52,315 bases of DNA from a bacterium (GTDB lineage Bacteria > Bacillota_I > Bacilli_A > RF39 > UBA660), in NCBI GenBank assembly GCA_029218465.1, contig JAQXRJ010000069.1, forward strand, positions 1 through 52,315. Direction: 5' to 3'. The notes under the pieces were generated by a model. It was not told where the DNA came from. It did no database searches and was given only the letters and a program-made list of their open reading frames with translations. Position 1 is the stretch's first letter, and each line of letters starts with the position of its first letter. Positions 19,382 to 28,034 of this stretch are shown here, piece after piece. The position numbers and the translations under genes were made by a program.

Positions 19382-21055
19382 TTAATTTATTTGTCTTTTT
19401 ATATCTAATATAATCGGTAATATAATCGGTTTTCTACCTGTTGTTTCATATACATAGTTGAATAAATCAGATGTAATTTGAGATTTAATATCATTAAAAT
19501 TACAGTTAGGAGTTTTTAATTTTTCGTTAATTGAATTAGCTGCTATAGACTCTAATTTTCTTATAACAACTTCATTTTCATTGATTAATATGAAACCTCT
19601 AGTAGTTATATTAGGCTTAATTAATAATTCTTTATTTTTTATATCAATATTAGCTATTACAACTAATATACCATCACTGGCCATTATTTTTCTATCTCTA
19701 AGTACAGCACCATTTATTTCACCTAATCTATTTCCATCAACATATATATCATTTGCAATTATACTATCACTTTTGGTAATAATATGGTTTTTTAAAGACA
19801 AAGTATCACCATTTTTTAATACAAAAGTATTATCTTTAGGAATACCACATTCTATACCAACATTTGCATGATTCTTAAGCATACGATAATCACCATGAAA
19901 AGGCATCAAGTACTTAGGCATAAGAAGTCTTATCATAAGTTTTAATTCTTCAATATTCGCATGTCCTGAAGTATGAATATCACTAAATGACGTATTTGTG
20001 AATACTTTAACGCCTTGTAAATATAGCTTATTAATAGTTCTACCAATTGATAAAGCATTTCCTGGAATAGGGGATGATGAAAAAACAACAATATCATCAG
20101 GTCTTAATTTGATTTGTTTGTGAGATCCATCTGCTATTCTTGATAAAGCCGCAAGTGGTTCACCTTGTGACCCTGTACAAAGAATAGTCACCTCACTAGG
20201 TTTAAGTGAATTTGCTTCTTCAGGTGTAATAATTATATCTTTATGATTTATATAACCACCTTTTAGAGATATTTGAATATTATTTTCCATACTTCTTCCA
20301 AATACACATATTTTTCTCCCATGCTTATAACATGTTTCAACAATATGTTTTAATCTATATATATTAGAAGCAAATGTTGCAATAATTAATCTTCTTGTTG
20401 TATATCTCTCAAAAATATCATTTAGTGCACTATCCACTTTAGATTCACTACTAGACATTCCTTCATTAAGAGCATTAGTGGAGTCACTAATTAATAAATC
20501 AACACCTTTTTTTCCTATTTCAGCCATTTTATGTAAATCAGCCATTGGTCCGATTGGTGTTAAATCAAATTTGAAGTCTCCGGTTGTTACTATAGTACCA
20601 TCTGGAGTTGTAAGTGCTATTCCATGTGAATCTGGAATAGAGTGGGTAGTTCTAAAAAATTCAACCTCTATTTTATTAAATTTAAGTTTAGTTTGGTCGT
20701 TGTATGCATATAAGTTATCATATCTAATATTTTTATCTTCCAATTTAAGCGCTATTAATTCTTTAGCTTGATTAGGCGCATATATCGCAGGAATTTTTAA
20801 GGATTGAAGTAAAAAAGGTATACCTCCAATATGGTCCTCGTGCCCATGAGTTATTAATAATGCTTTAATTTTATCCTGATTTTGCTTTAAAAATGTAAAA
20901 TCAGGAAGTATATAATCTATCCCAAGAAGTCCTCCTTCTGGGAAACAAATACCCGAATCAATAATAACGATTGCATCACCATGCATTACACAATACATGT
21001 TCTTTCCAACTTCACCCAAACCACCTAAAACTATTATTTTAGTTTCGTTTGGCAT
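19382..21055 (-). CDS. rnj: Ribonuclease J
   Basis: GGLGEVGKN, THGHEDHIG, HSIPD, GDFKFD, HTSGH. Confidence 0.97.
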   Translation of the reverse strand: MPNETKIIVLGGLGEVGKNMYCVMHGDAIVIIDSGICFPEGGLLGIDYILPDFTFLKQNQDKIKALLITHGHEDHIGGIPFLLQSLKIPAIYAPNQAKELIALKLEDKNIRYDNLYAYNDQTKLKFNKIEVEFFRTTHSIPDSHGIALTTPDGTIVTTGDFKFDLTPIGPMADLHKMAEIGKKGVDLLISDSTNALNEGMSSSESKVDSALNDIFERYTTRRLIIATFASNIYRLKHIVETCYKHGRKICVFGRSMENNIQISLKGGYINHKDIIITPEEANSLKPSEVTILCTGSQGEPLAALSRIADGSHKQIKLRPDDIVVFSSSPIPGNALSIGRTINKLYLQGVKVFTNTSFSDIHTSGHANIEELKLMIRLLMPKYLMPFHGDYRMLKNHANVGIECGIPKDNTFVLKNGDTLSLKNHIITKSDSIIANDIYVDGNRLGEINGAVLRDRKIMASDGILVVIANIDIKNKELLIKPNITTRGFILINENEVVIRKLESIAANSINEKLKTPNCNFNDIKSQITSDLFNYVYETTGRKPIILPIILDIKRQIN

Positions 21056-21097
21056 TTTATAAATTCTCCTTTCTTTTTTATCAAGAACTGACTAACA

Positions 21098-21128
21098 AAT
21101 TATACAATAATTATTTAAATTTGTCCAT
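21098..21128 (-). promoter_or_regulatory. SigA-type promoter of rnj
   Basis: Minus strand TGGACA-N17-TATAAT. Confidence 0.65.
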
Positions 21129-21197
21129 ACCAGTTAAGAATATAGTATAAATTACTAAATTTGAAAGTAAATATAATTTCAAAATTATAATAAAAAT

Positions 21198-21317
21198 TAC
21201 TATTATAATTATAATAGAATTAAAGAAAATTAAAAGGATTGTCTACTGTAAAACACAGGTTACAATCCTCTAATTAGAAACTATTTATAGATTGTCTAAC
21301 TTTTTGGGTTCAGTTCA
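21198..21317 (+). mobile_element. IS3-family (IS150/IS861-like) 3'-end relic with intact terminal inverted repeat, copy 2
   Basis: YYYNYNRIKE/(frameshift)KLKGLSTVKHRLQSSN*, then TGTCTAACTTTTTGGGTTCAGTTCA (21293-21317) ending in CA. Confidence 0.85.
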
Positions 21318-21332
21318 TTAAGTACTTTTTTT

Positions 21333-22652
21333 CTAATTTTTCTTTTCTTTATTTTTATTTTTTTTAGCCTTTTTTATTAAATTAGCTAGTATTACAAGAT
21401 ATGTTAAGACTAGTATACCTCCTAATAAGGTAATAACATAAATATATAATTTTTGATTATCTTGGGATGTTTTAGCAAGATAATTATTAGAATTTGTTAC
21501 ATCTTGTTTATATATCTGAATGGTATTTTCTTCTTTATCATATGAATATATATTTTCTTTTCCTGTTTCTATATTTAAACCATAGAATAGAGGGTAATTA
21601 TTATCCTTTAAATATGCTTTTACTTCAATTTCATTTATAGTTATTGTACTTTTCTTATATCCATTTGGAATATTTTTTGTTTCTTTATCAATCGGAATAA
21701 TAGTTAATTTATTAAATGTTTGCTCTTTATATAAAGTAAAACTGTTATTAGATTTAAAATAGATATATAAATTTGTGTTTGAATTTTCATCTTTTAAGCC
21801 TACTAAAGTATATTTAGTTATTTCACTTGTAAGACTAGGAACTTCTACATTATTAATTGTTGATGTTGAATATTGATAAGTTGAACTTACACTAGGTAAT
21901 TGTTCTTTTTTTCTTATTACCGTATATTTTTTTCCATCAACTTGGACTTCGATAGGATCTAATTCCTTTACAGTCGCATTTATTATATATTCTTTTGTAT
22001 TACCATTTTCTGCTTTAACTGATATTACTATTTTATTAGTTCCTTCAGTTACTTTTATATTTCCAATACCACTTACTTTTGCCTTTGAATCATTAGTAGT
22101 TGCTTTAATATTTATACTTGATACATTATTTGGTAATGTTACATTATATTCTTTTGTATCTTTTGAAAAACTAGGTGATAAGTCATACCCCTCAACTTGT
22201 AATGATTTAAGGTTATTATCAGAACTATAATTAACAACTTTTTTTTCATTTATTGAAATATTTTTTGTTTTCTTTGAGAAAGAAATTTCTTGTGAGTCAG
22301 TATTTATGTTATTTCCCATATCACCAGGTGCAATTGCTATCCAAGCTGTACCAGTTGCTTTTGCTTTAAATTTTAATGTTTGACTAACGCTTGATTGACC
22401 TTTTGTTGCATCATCTGATTCACCTTGAAAGTTTGTTGATCCACTTATTAGAGTTAGTTTTGATGTATCATAGGTTATATATGATTGCCAGTAAAATAAC
22501 CTATTACTGCTTATTGTAAATTTAACACTAAATGCATCTCCAACTTCCACATTACTGTTAGCTGTTATTGAATAACTTCCACTTGCTGCATTAACAAATA
22601 CCGGAATAAAAAATCCTAAAAATAATAACAATTTTATAAACTTCTTTTTCAT
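21333..22652 (-). CDS. Membrane-anchored cohesin-like + cadherin-like beta-sandwich protein
   Basis: Signal peptide; VEVGDAFSVKF...ITYDTSKLTL...LKFKAKATG; SSDNNLKSLQVEG..LSPSF...KEYNV repeat; C-terminal TM and Lys tail. Confidence 0.75.
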   Translation of the reverse strand: MKKKFIKLLLFLGFFIPVFVNAASGSYSITANSNVEVGDAFSVKFTISSNRLFYWQSYITYDTSKLTLISGSTNFQGESDDATKGQSSVSQTLKFKAKATGTAWIAIAPGDMGNNINTDSQEISFSKKTKNISINEKKVVNYSSDNNLKSLQVEGYDLSPSFSKDTKEYNVTLPNNVSSINIKATTNDSKAKVSGIGNIKVTEGTNKIVISVKAENGNTKEYIINATVKELDPIEVQVDGKKYTVIRKKEQLPSVSSTYQYSTSTINNVEVPSLTSEITKYTLVGLKDENSNTNLYIYFKSNNSFTLYKEQTFNKLTIIPIDKETKNIPNGYKKSTITINEIEVKAYLKDNNYPLFYGLNIETGKENIYSYDKEENTIQIYKQDVTNSNNYLAKTSQDNQKLYIYVITLLGGILVLTYLVILANLIKKAKKNKNKEKKN

Positions 22653-22660
22653 TTTTCCTC

Positions 22661-24694
22661 CTATAATTGGCTAATTTTTTGTGTTCCTAAAAGATATTTT
22701 CTAAGAGATAATAGGTCTTTAGCAGTTACATTAGTCGATTTATTTATTTTTGCAGCTTCCAAGTATACTCCCGACAAATTATTTTCTTTTAATAGATATT
22801 TTCTTATAACAAGTAAATCTTTAGCGTTAATAGTTCCATCTCCATTTATATCTCCATAAATAACCACATTAAATGTTTTTGTTTCATTATTACTTGTAAT
22901 TGTAGCTTTATCTCCTGTTGCTAGTGCTGATGTCTTTATTTTATTTGAACTATCCGTTATTTTGACAACACTATTTGAATTTTGCTTTATAATATTTTGT
23001 GACAAAGTAGATGCATTTAATCCAATATTAAATCCATATATATTTGAATTAGTATTTTTTATAGATAAATTACTTAATATTTTTGAAATACTTATTTCTT
23101 CTTTAGGAGGTTGTGGTGTAGGAGTAGGTTCATTATTTGTTGCTTCTGCTTTTCTTGTTATATTTATAGTATATGTTTTTTTAGCTCCGTTTTGAGCTGT
23201 TACTATAATATTAATTGTATTTTTACCTGTATTCAAATAAATTTTTCCATTTCCACTTACAGAAGCATTTGAATTTACAGTTGTTGTAGTTATATTAATA
23301 CTTGTTTTATCATTTTCAACAGTTCCTAAATCATATGAAGTAGTAGATCCTTTAAATTTAGAAACTGTTTTATCGTCAACTTTTAAACTACTTAAATAAT
23401 TATTTGGATTACCAGTTCTTGGTAGGCTAGTTGAATCAGGCATACCTGAATAAACAGGAATAGTAAATACTATTGCTTCATTTGTAATTCCCATACTATT
23501 ATAAGATGATGCAGTAGTTGCAGCTGGGGATACAAGTGCGCGAATGTCAGTCATATATTGATGATATATGGCAGTTTGTGTTGTAGGGGCGACATTCCAT
23601 TTTTGAAAGTATCTAGTATATTGGCCTTTACTAATATAGCCACTTACAATCCAACTAGCCCCACCTACAATTGCTTTTTTAGGAGATGTCCATTCAACAG
23701 ATTTAGCATAAGCAAGGCCATTATAAACTGGATTAGTTCCACTTATTGCACCTATATTATAAAAATTATAATATCCGTCATAATTAACATTATTGTATGT
23801 TCCTGCTTTACCACTTGTCGCAGTAGAAGAGTTAAGACCGACTTCTTGACGAGATAGTGCTGCCAAATATACTGGCGAAACATTATATTTTTTTGCGCCC
23901 TCAATATAATAATTAATATAATTAGAATAAAAGTCTGTATATAAGATTTTTTTTACAACATCTGATGTTTGATAAGATTCATAAAAAGACAAATCTTCAA
24001 ACATAAAAATTCCACTTTCAGTTAAAAAATTTCTTGGATCCATAAAGTACTGAATTGTTTGAGAATTAGCTTGAAACCATGTTGAACCATCAAGAGGAGT
24101 AAATTTGTCGGTTTCATAGTTATAATAACTTGATCCAGTATCTAAATATCCTTGTAAGCCATTTTTAACTCCTGTAGAAGTAACTTGATATAGACTTCTC
24201 CCTTTTACCTGTTCTTGACTCAAAGTATTAGCCCATGTATATTTAGCATTAACTGCTTTAAATACCCAATTTGGATGAGCTTTATGAAGTGCTTTTAATT
24301 TAGTTTGATAAGAAGAAGGAAAGCCTTGACTTGTCAAATATTTTTCAAATTCTTCTTCTGTCATTTTGGAAATTTCAGATGAAGAAACATTTTCATTACT
24401 ATTAACTATTATATAACTGCTACACACATATCCTTTAATTGAACCACTTGTAATATAATACCAAACTTTTGATGTACATCCACTTGATCCATCACTAGTA
24501 TTTTTTGTATCAGTTATTATTACTTGAGTTTTATTTGGTAATGTTGTTACCTTAGTATATGTAGTACCTGCATTTTGCCTGACAACAAGTCCAATTGATG
24601 CATTAACGTATCCTTGCTGATTTATTGCATATACAGGTAGTATTGATAAATATATTATAAATAATGTAAATAATAAATTGATATATTTTTTCAT
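22661..24694 (-). CDS. Secreted cell-wall hydrolase: SH3b + GH73-like glucosaminidase + cadherin-like domain + C-terminal dockerin
   Basis: LVVRQNAG...WYYI...GYVCSSY (SH3b); LSRQEVG, YYNFYNIGA, HQYMTD (GH73-like); PTPTPQPP linker; GDINGDGTINAKDLL..IRKYLL duplicated (dockerin). Confidence 0.85.
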   Translation of the reverse strand: MKKYINLLFTLFIIYLSILPVYAINQQGYVNASIGLVVRQNAGTTYTKVTTLPNKTQVIITDTKNTSDGSSGCTSKVWYYITSGSIKGYVCSSYIIVNSNENVSSSEISKMTEEEFEKYLTSQGFPSSYQTKLKALHKAHPNWVFKAVNAKYTWANTLSQEQVKGRSLYQVTSTGVKNGLQGYLDTGSSYYNYETDKFTPLDGSTWFQANSQTIQYFMDPRNFLTESGIFMFEDLSFYESYQTSDVVKKILYTDFYSNYINYYIEGAKKYNVSPVYLAALSRQEVGLNSSTATSGKAGTYNNVNYDGYYNFYNIGAISGTNPVYNGLAYAKSVEWTSPKKAIVGGASWIVSGYISKGQYTRYFQKWNVAPTTQTAIYHQYMTDIRALVSPAATTASSYNSMGITNEAIVFTIPVYSGMPDSTSLPRTGNPNNYLSSLKVDDKTVSKFKGSTTSYDLGTVENDKTSINITTTTVNSNASVSGNGKIYLNTGKNTINIIVTAQNGAKKTYTINITRKAEATNNEPTPTPQPPKEEISISKILSNLSIKNTNSNIYGFNIGLNASTLSQNIIKQNSNSVVKITDSSNKIKTSALATGDKATITSNNETKTFNVVIYGDINGDGTINAKDLLVIRKYLLKENNLSGVYLEAAKINKSTNVTAKDLLSLRKYLLGTQKISQL

Positions 24695-24719
24695 GATAAC
24701 CTCCTCGTATTATCAATAG

Positions 24720-24750
24720 AATTATACAATATTTGACAAAATTTGTCCAT
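24720..24750 (-). promoter_or_regulatory. SigA-type promoter of the hydrolase-cohesin operon
   Basis: Minus strand TGGACA-N17-TATAAT, upstream of the GAGGAGG RBS. Confidence 0.65.
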
Positions 24751-24797
24751 TTATTGAAGAAAGATATTCAAAATTATACATATTTTTACATTCCAAT

Positions 24798-24825
24798 TTG
24801 AAAAAAAAAGAAAGTATGCTATAAT
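24798..24825 (+). promoter_or_regulatory. SigA promoter with extended -10 for the ABC exporter
   Basis: TTGAAA-N16-TATAAT with TGn. Confidence 0.7.
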
Positions 24826-24853
24826 CATTTTGAGTTTAGGAGTGATCTATTAA

Positions 24854-25636
24854 ATGAAGAAATTTTTTAAAAATGTTAAAAAATATTACAAGTATGCAAT
24901 ATATTCAGCAAAAGCAGAATTAAAGTCAGAAGTGGCTGATTCATATTTGAACTGGTTATGGTGGATTATTGAGCCATTTTGTTTTATGCTTATTTATACA
25001 TTTGTTTTTGGAGTTGTATTTAAAAATAATACACCACATTTTGCATCATTTGTTTTTATAGGTTTGACTGCATGGGATTTTTTTAACAGAATGATTAATG
25101 GTAGTGTAAGATTAATAATTAATAATAGAGACTTAGTAACTAAAGTATATATACCTAAATATATATTATTGTTATCTAAATCCTTTACTTATTTATTCAA
25201 AATGGGAATTTCTTTATTAATTACCTTTGGCCTTATGTTATTTCAAGGAGTAACATTTAGTTGGCATATAATTTTAATTATTCCTATATTTATTGTTTTA
25301 TATATAGTATCATTTGGAATAGGAATGATTTTAATGCATTTTGGTGTAACATTAAATGACTTGGGTAATTTAACTAATATAGCACTTAGAATGGTATTTT
25401 ATTTGTCAGGTATATTCTATAATATAAATGAAAGATTAAGCGGAATGTTAAAATTTACATTATTAAGAATTAATCCAATAGCTTTTTGTATGAATGAACT
25501 CAGAAAGACAATGCTTCAAAATACACTTCCTAGTTTTGTAGGATTGGGATTCTGGTTTGTAATTGGAATATTCTTATGCATTATTGGAATTCATTTAATT
25601 CATGATAATGAAAATAGTTATGCGAAGGTGATATAA
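24854..25636 (+). CDS. ABC-2 permease, TagG/Wzm family
   Basis: SYLNWLWWIIEP, LVTKVYIP, FYLSGIFY, NPI motifs; about 6 TM. Confidence 0.9.
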   Translation: MKKFFKNVKKYYKYAIYSAKAELKSEVADSYLNWLWWIIEPFCFMLIYTFVFGVVFKNNTPHFASFVFIGLTAWDFFNRMINGSVRLIINNRDLVTKVYIPKYILLLSKSFTYLFKMGISLLITFGLMLFQGVTFSWHIILIIPIFIVLYIVSFGIGMILMHFGVTLNDLGNLTNIALRMVFYLSGIFYNINERLSGMLKFTLLRINPIAFCMNELRKTMLQNTLPSFVGLGFWFVIGIFLCIIGIHLIHDNENSYAKVI

Positions 25637-26376
25637 TGTCAAAGAAAATAACAGTAACTGTAAAAAATTTACATATAACATATAAAGGATTAAAGAAAAC
25701 GTCTATAAGAGCATCATGGAAACAAATAGGTCATAAAGTTGAAATGTTTAAAGCTCTAAAAGGTGTAAGCTTTGAAATAGAAGAAGGTAAAATACTTGGA
25801 ATAATTGGAAAAAATGGTAGTGGAAAATCTACTATGTTAAAAGCGATTGCAGGAATATTCTCTCCAGATAAGGGCTCAATTAATTTACATGGTAATACTA
25901 TTTCTTTACTAAGTATTGGTGTAGGATTTAATAAAAAATTAACTGGTAAAGAGAATATATATTTATCAGGAATGTTGCTTGGTTTTACCGAAGAGCAGAT
26001 AAGGGAAAAAGAAAAGGAAATAATAGATTTTGCAGATATTGGTGATTTTATAAATAAGCCAGTTAAGACTTATTCATCTGGAATGTATTCAAAATTAGCT
26101 TTTGCAATTACAGCAATACTAGAAACGGATATAATGCTAATAGATGAAGTATTATCAGTAGGAGATGTTAAGTTTAAAGAAAAAAGTTATAACAAAATGA
26201 AAGAATTAATATCGGATGATCATAGGACAGTTATAATAGTATCCCATAGTCTAGGAACAATAAATGAATTATGTAATGAAGTATTATGGCTTCATGATGG
26301 AGAAGTAAAAATGATTGGGGAACCTGATAAAGTTATACCAAAATATAAAGAATTTATGGAAAGCACTTCAAAATAG
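25636..26376 (+). CDS. ABC ATPase, TagH/Wzt family (no C-terminal binding domain)
   Basis: GKNGSGKST, YSSGM signature, DEVLSVGD. Confidence 0.92.
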   Translation: MSKKITVTVKNLHITYKGLKKTSIRASWKQIGHKVEMFKALKGVSFEIEEGKILGIIGKNGSGKSTMLKAIAGIFSPDKGSINLHGNTISLLSIGVGFNKKLTGKENIYLSGMLLGFTEEQIREKEKEIIDFADIGDFINKPVKTYSSGMYSKLAFAITAILETDIMLIDEVLSVGDVKFKEKSYNKMKELISDDHRTVIIVSHSLGTINELCNEVLWLHDGEVKMIGEPDKVIPKYKEFMESTSK

Positions 26377-26477
26377 TGCCTTTTTTATAGTTTTTAATTT
26401 TTCATTTTGCTAGAATAAAAAAATATAGAGTAAATAAACAACATAAGAATATGAAATTGTTGTAAAAGGGTAAAAAT

Positions 26478-26869
26478 GTGAAAAAACTGAAAATATTATT
26501 ATTGGGAATATTATTTTTAATATCAATAAGTATAAATGCAATAAGTCTAAAAGTTGATTTGAGTTGTCCAACAAGTGCAAATGAATCTAGTGAAATTTCA
26601 TGTAAGGTGGAAATTCATATGGTGAAGATTTTGATAGCGCTAATTCACCATCAGCAAATATAAGGGTTAAATCGGCAGTCAACACGTTTGATAATTTAAG
26701 TGTTGCTGGTTCATCAATAAATTTTAATAAAAATACAACAACATATAATGTTACTATTGATTCACAAAGCACAACTATTTCTTCTGTTGCAACTGATCAA
26801 TATGCAACATTATCTGGAACTGGAAATAAAACATTAAAATATGGTAAAAATACATTTAATAAAGAATAA
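26478..26869 (+). pseudogene. Internally deleted, frameshifted and truncated cohesin-like/cadherin-like surface protein
   Basis: Signal peptide in 26478-26663. A second frame reads ...NIRVKSAVNTFDNLSVAGSSINFNKNTTTYNVTID...SGTGNKTLKYGKNTFNKE*, matching the repeats in 1663 and 21333. Confidence 0.75.
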
Positions 26870-26997
26870 ACAGAATGTCAAATTTCAGTTGATAGTAAAA
26901 TTGAAAAAATAAATAGTGTTAATTTTTGTCTAATTGAGTGTAAAATATTGAAAAATTTTTAAATTAAGTATATTCTTATCATAGGGAGTGTGATAAA

Positions 26998-27198
26998 GTG
27001 ATATATCCATCAATTGATAAACTACTTACAATAGTGGATTCAAAATATCAACTAGTACATATTGCAGCTAGAAGAAGTAAAGAATTATATAAATATGAGA
27101 ATTATCAAATGTCCAAAAAAAAGTATGCTTCTCATAAGAATATTGGTAAAGCACTTGAAGAAGTTGCGGAAGGATTAGTAAAAGTAAAAGAAAATTAA
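26998..27198 (+). CDS. rpoZ: RNA polymerase omega subunit
   Basis: MIYPSIDKLL..VDSKYQLV..AARR...KALEE; TTGAAA-N17-TATTCT at 26948-26976. Confidence 0.95.
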   Translation: MIYPSIDKLLTIVDSKYQLVHIAARRSKELYKYENYQMSKKKYASHKNIGKALEEVAEGLVKVKEN

Positions 27199-27266
27199 AT
27201 TACATTAGTATTTTTTTCTTTTTTTTTAATATTTTAAGTGATATATATTAGGTAGGAGGTAATTTG

Positions 27267-27998
27267 ATGAATATAGAAAAATTTACTAAGAAAAAAGATG
27301 GCTTTTACAATTTGAATTTAGATAATAGTTCAAAAATATTAATTCATGAAGATTTAATTCTTAAGTATGATTTACTTATACATAAAGAAGTATCAAATCA
27401 ATTTATAGACCGCCTTATAAAAGAAAATAATATCTATTTAATATATAATAAAGCTATAAAATATATAACTATTAAAATGAGAAGCAAATATGAATTAGAA
27501 GTCTATTTAATAAAGCAAGGATTTGATAAAGACCAGATAAATATAGTAATAGATAAATTATGTAATCAAGGTTATTTAAATGATATTGAATTTTGTAAAG
27601 CATATATAAACGACAAAATTAATTTGTCTAATGATGGACCAAAAAAAATAATATCCATATTAAAGCAAAACAAAATTAATAGTGAAATAATAGAAGAATA
27701 TATATCAATATTTAATGAAGCATTACAAGAAGAAAAAATTAATAAACTTATATCAAAACAGATTATATCAAATACTAATAAGGGTTCAAATTTGTTAAAA
27801 CAAAAAATACTTAATAATTTAATTAATATTGGTTATGAAAGAGAAGTAATATTAAAATGCTTAGAAAATTTTGAGTTTAATGATAAAGAATTATATAAAA
27901 AAGAGTATAATAAACTATACAATAAATTATCTAAAAAATATTCTGGAAGAGAACTAGAATATAAAATAAAGCAAAAATTATATCAAAAAGGATTTTAA
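27267..27998 (+). CDS. recX: Recombination regulator RecX
   Basis: RS.YEL..YL, GYLND..F, GPKKI...L.Q, KIKQKLYQKGF. Confidence 0.9.
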   Translation: MNIEKFTKKKDGFYNLNLDNSSKILIHEDLILKYDLLIHKEVSNQFIDRLIKENNIYLIYNKAIKYITIKMRSKYELEVYLIKQGFDKDQINIVIDKLCNQGYLNDIEFCKAYINDKINLSNDGPKKIISILKQNKINSEIIEEYISIFNEALQEEKINKLISKQIISNTNKGSNLLKQKILNNLINIGYEREVILKCLENFEFNDKELYKKEYNKLYNKLSKKYSGRELEYKIKQKLYQKGF

Positions 27999-28000
27999 AT

Positions 28001-28034
28001 TAATAAAAGCCTCTTTAAATAGAGGCTTTTATTA
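28001..28034. terminator. Bidirectional terminator between convergent recX and prsA
   Basis: taataaaagcctct-ttaaat-agaggcttttatta, perfect 14-bp inverted repeat. Confidence 0.85.

Noticed and set aside
19236-21317. Repeated hairpin read as a novel riboswitch or ncRNA
   Set aside because: The repeat translates as an IS3 transposase tail and copy 2 abuts an IS terminal repeat. The GTTTCTA similarity to purine riboswitches lacks the rest of the aptamer.
21333-24694. True cellulosome
   Set aside because: Only single cohesin-like domains, and no cellulase or CBM3; the dockerin enzyme looks like a peptidoglycan hydrolase.
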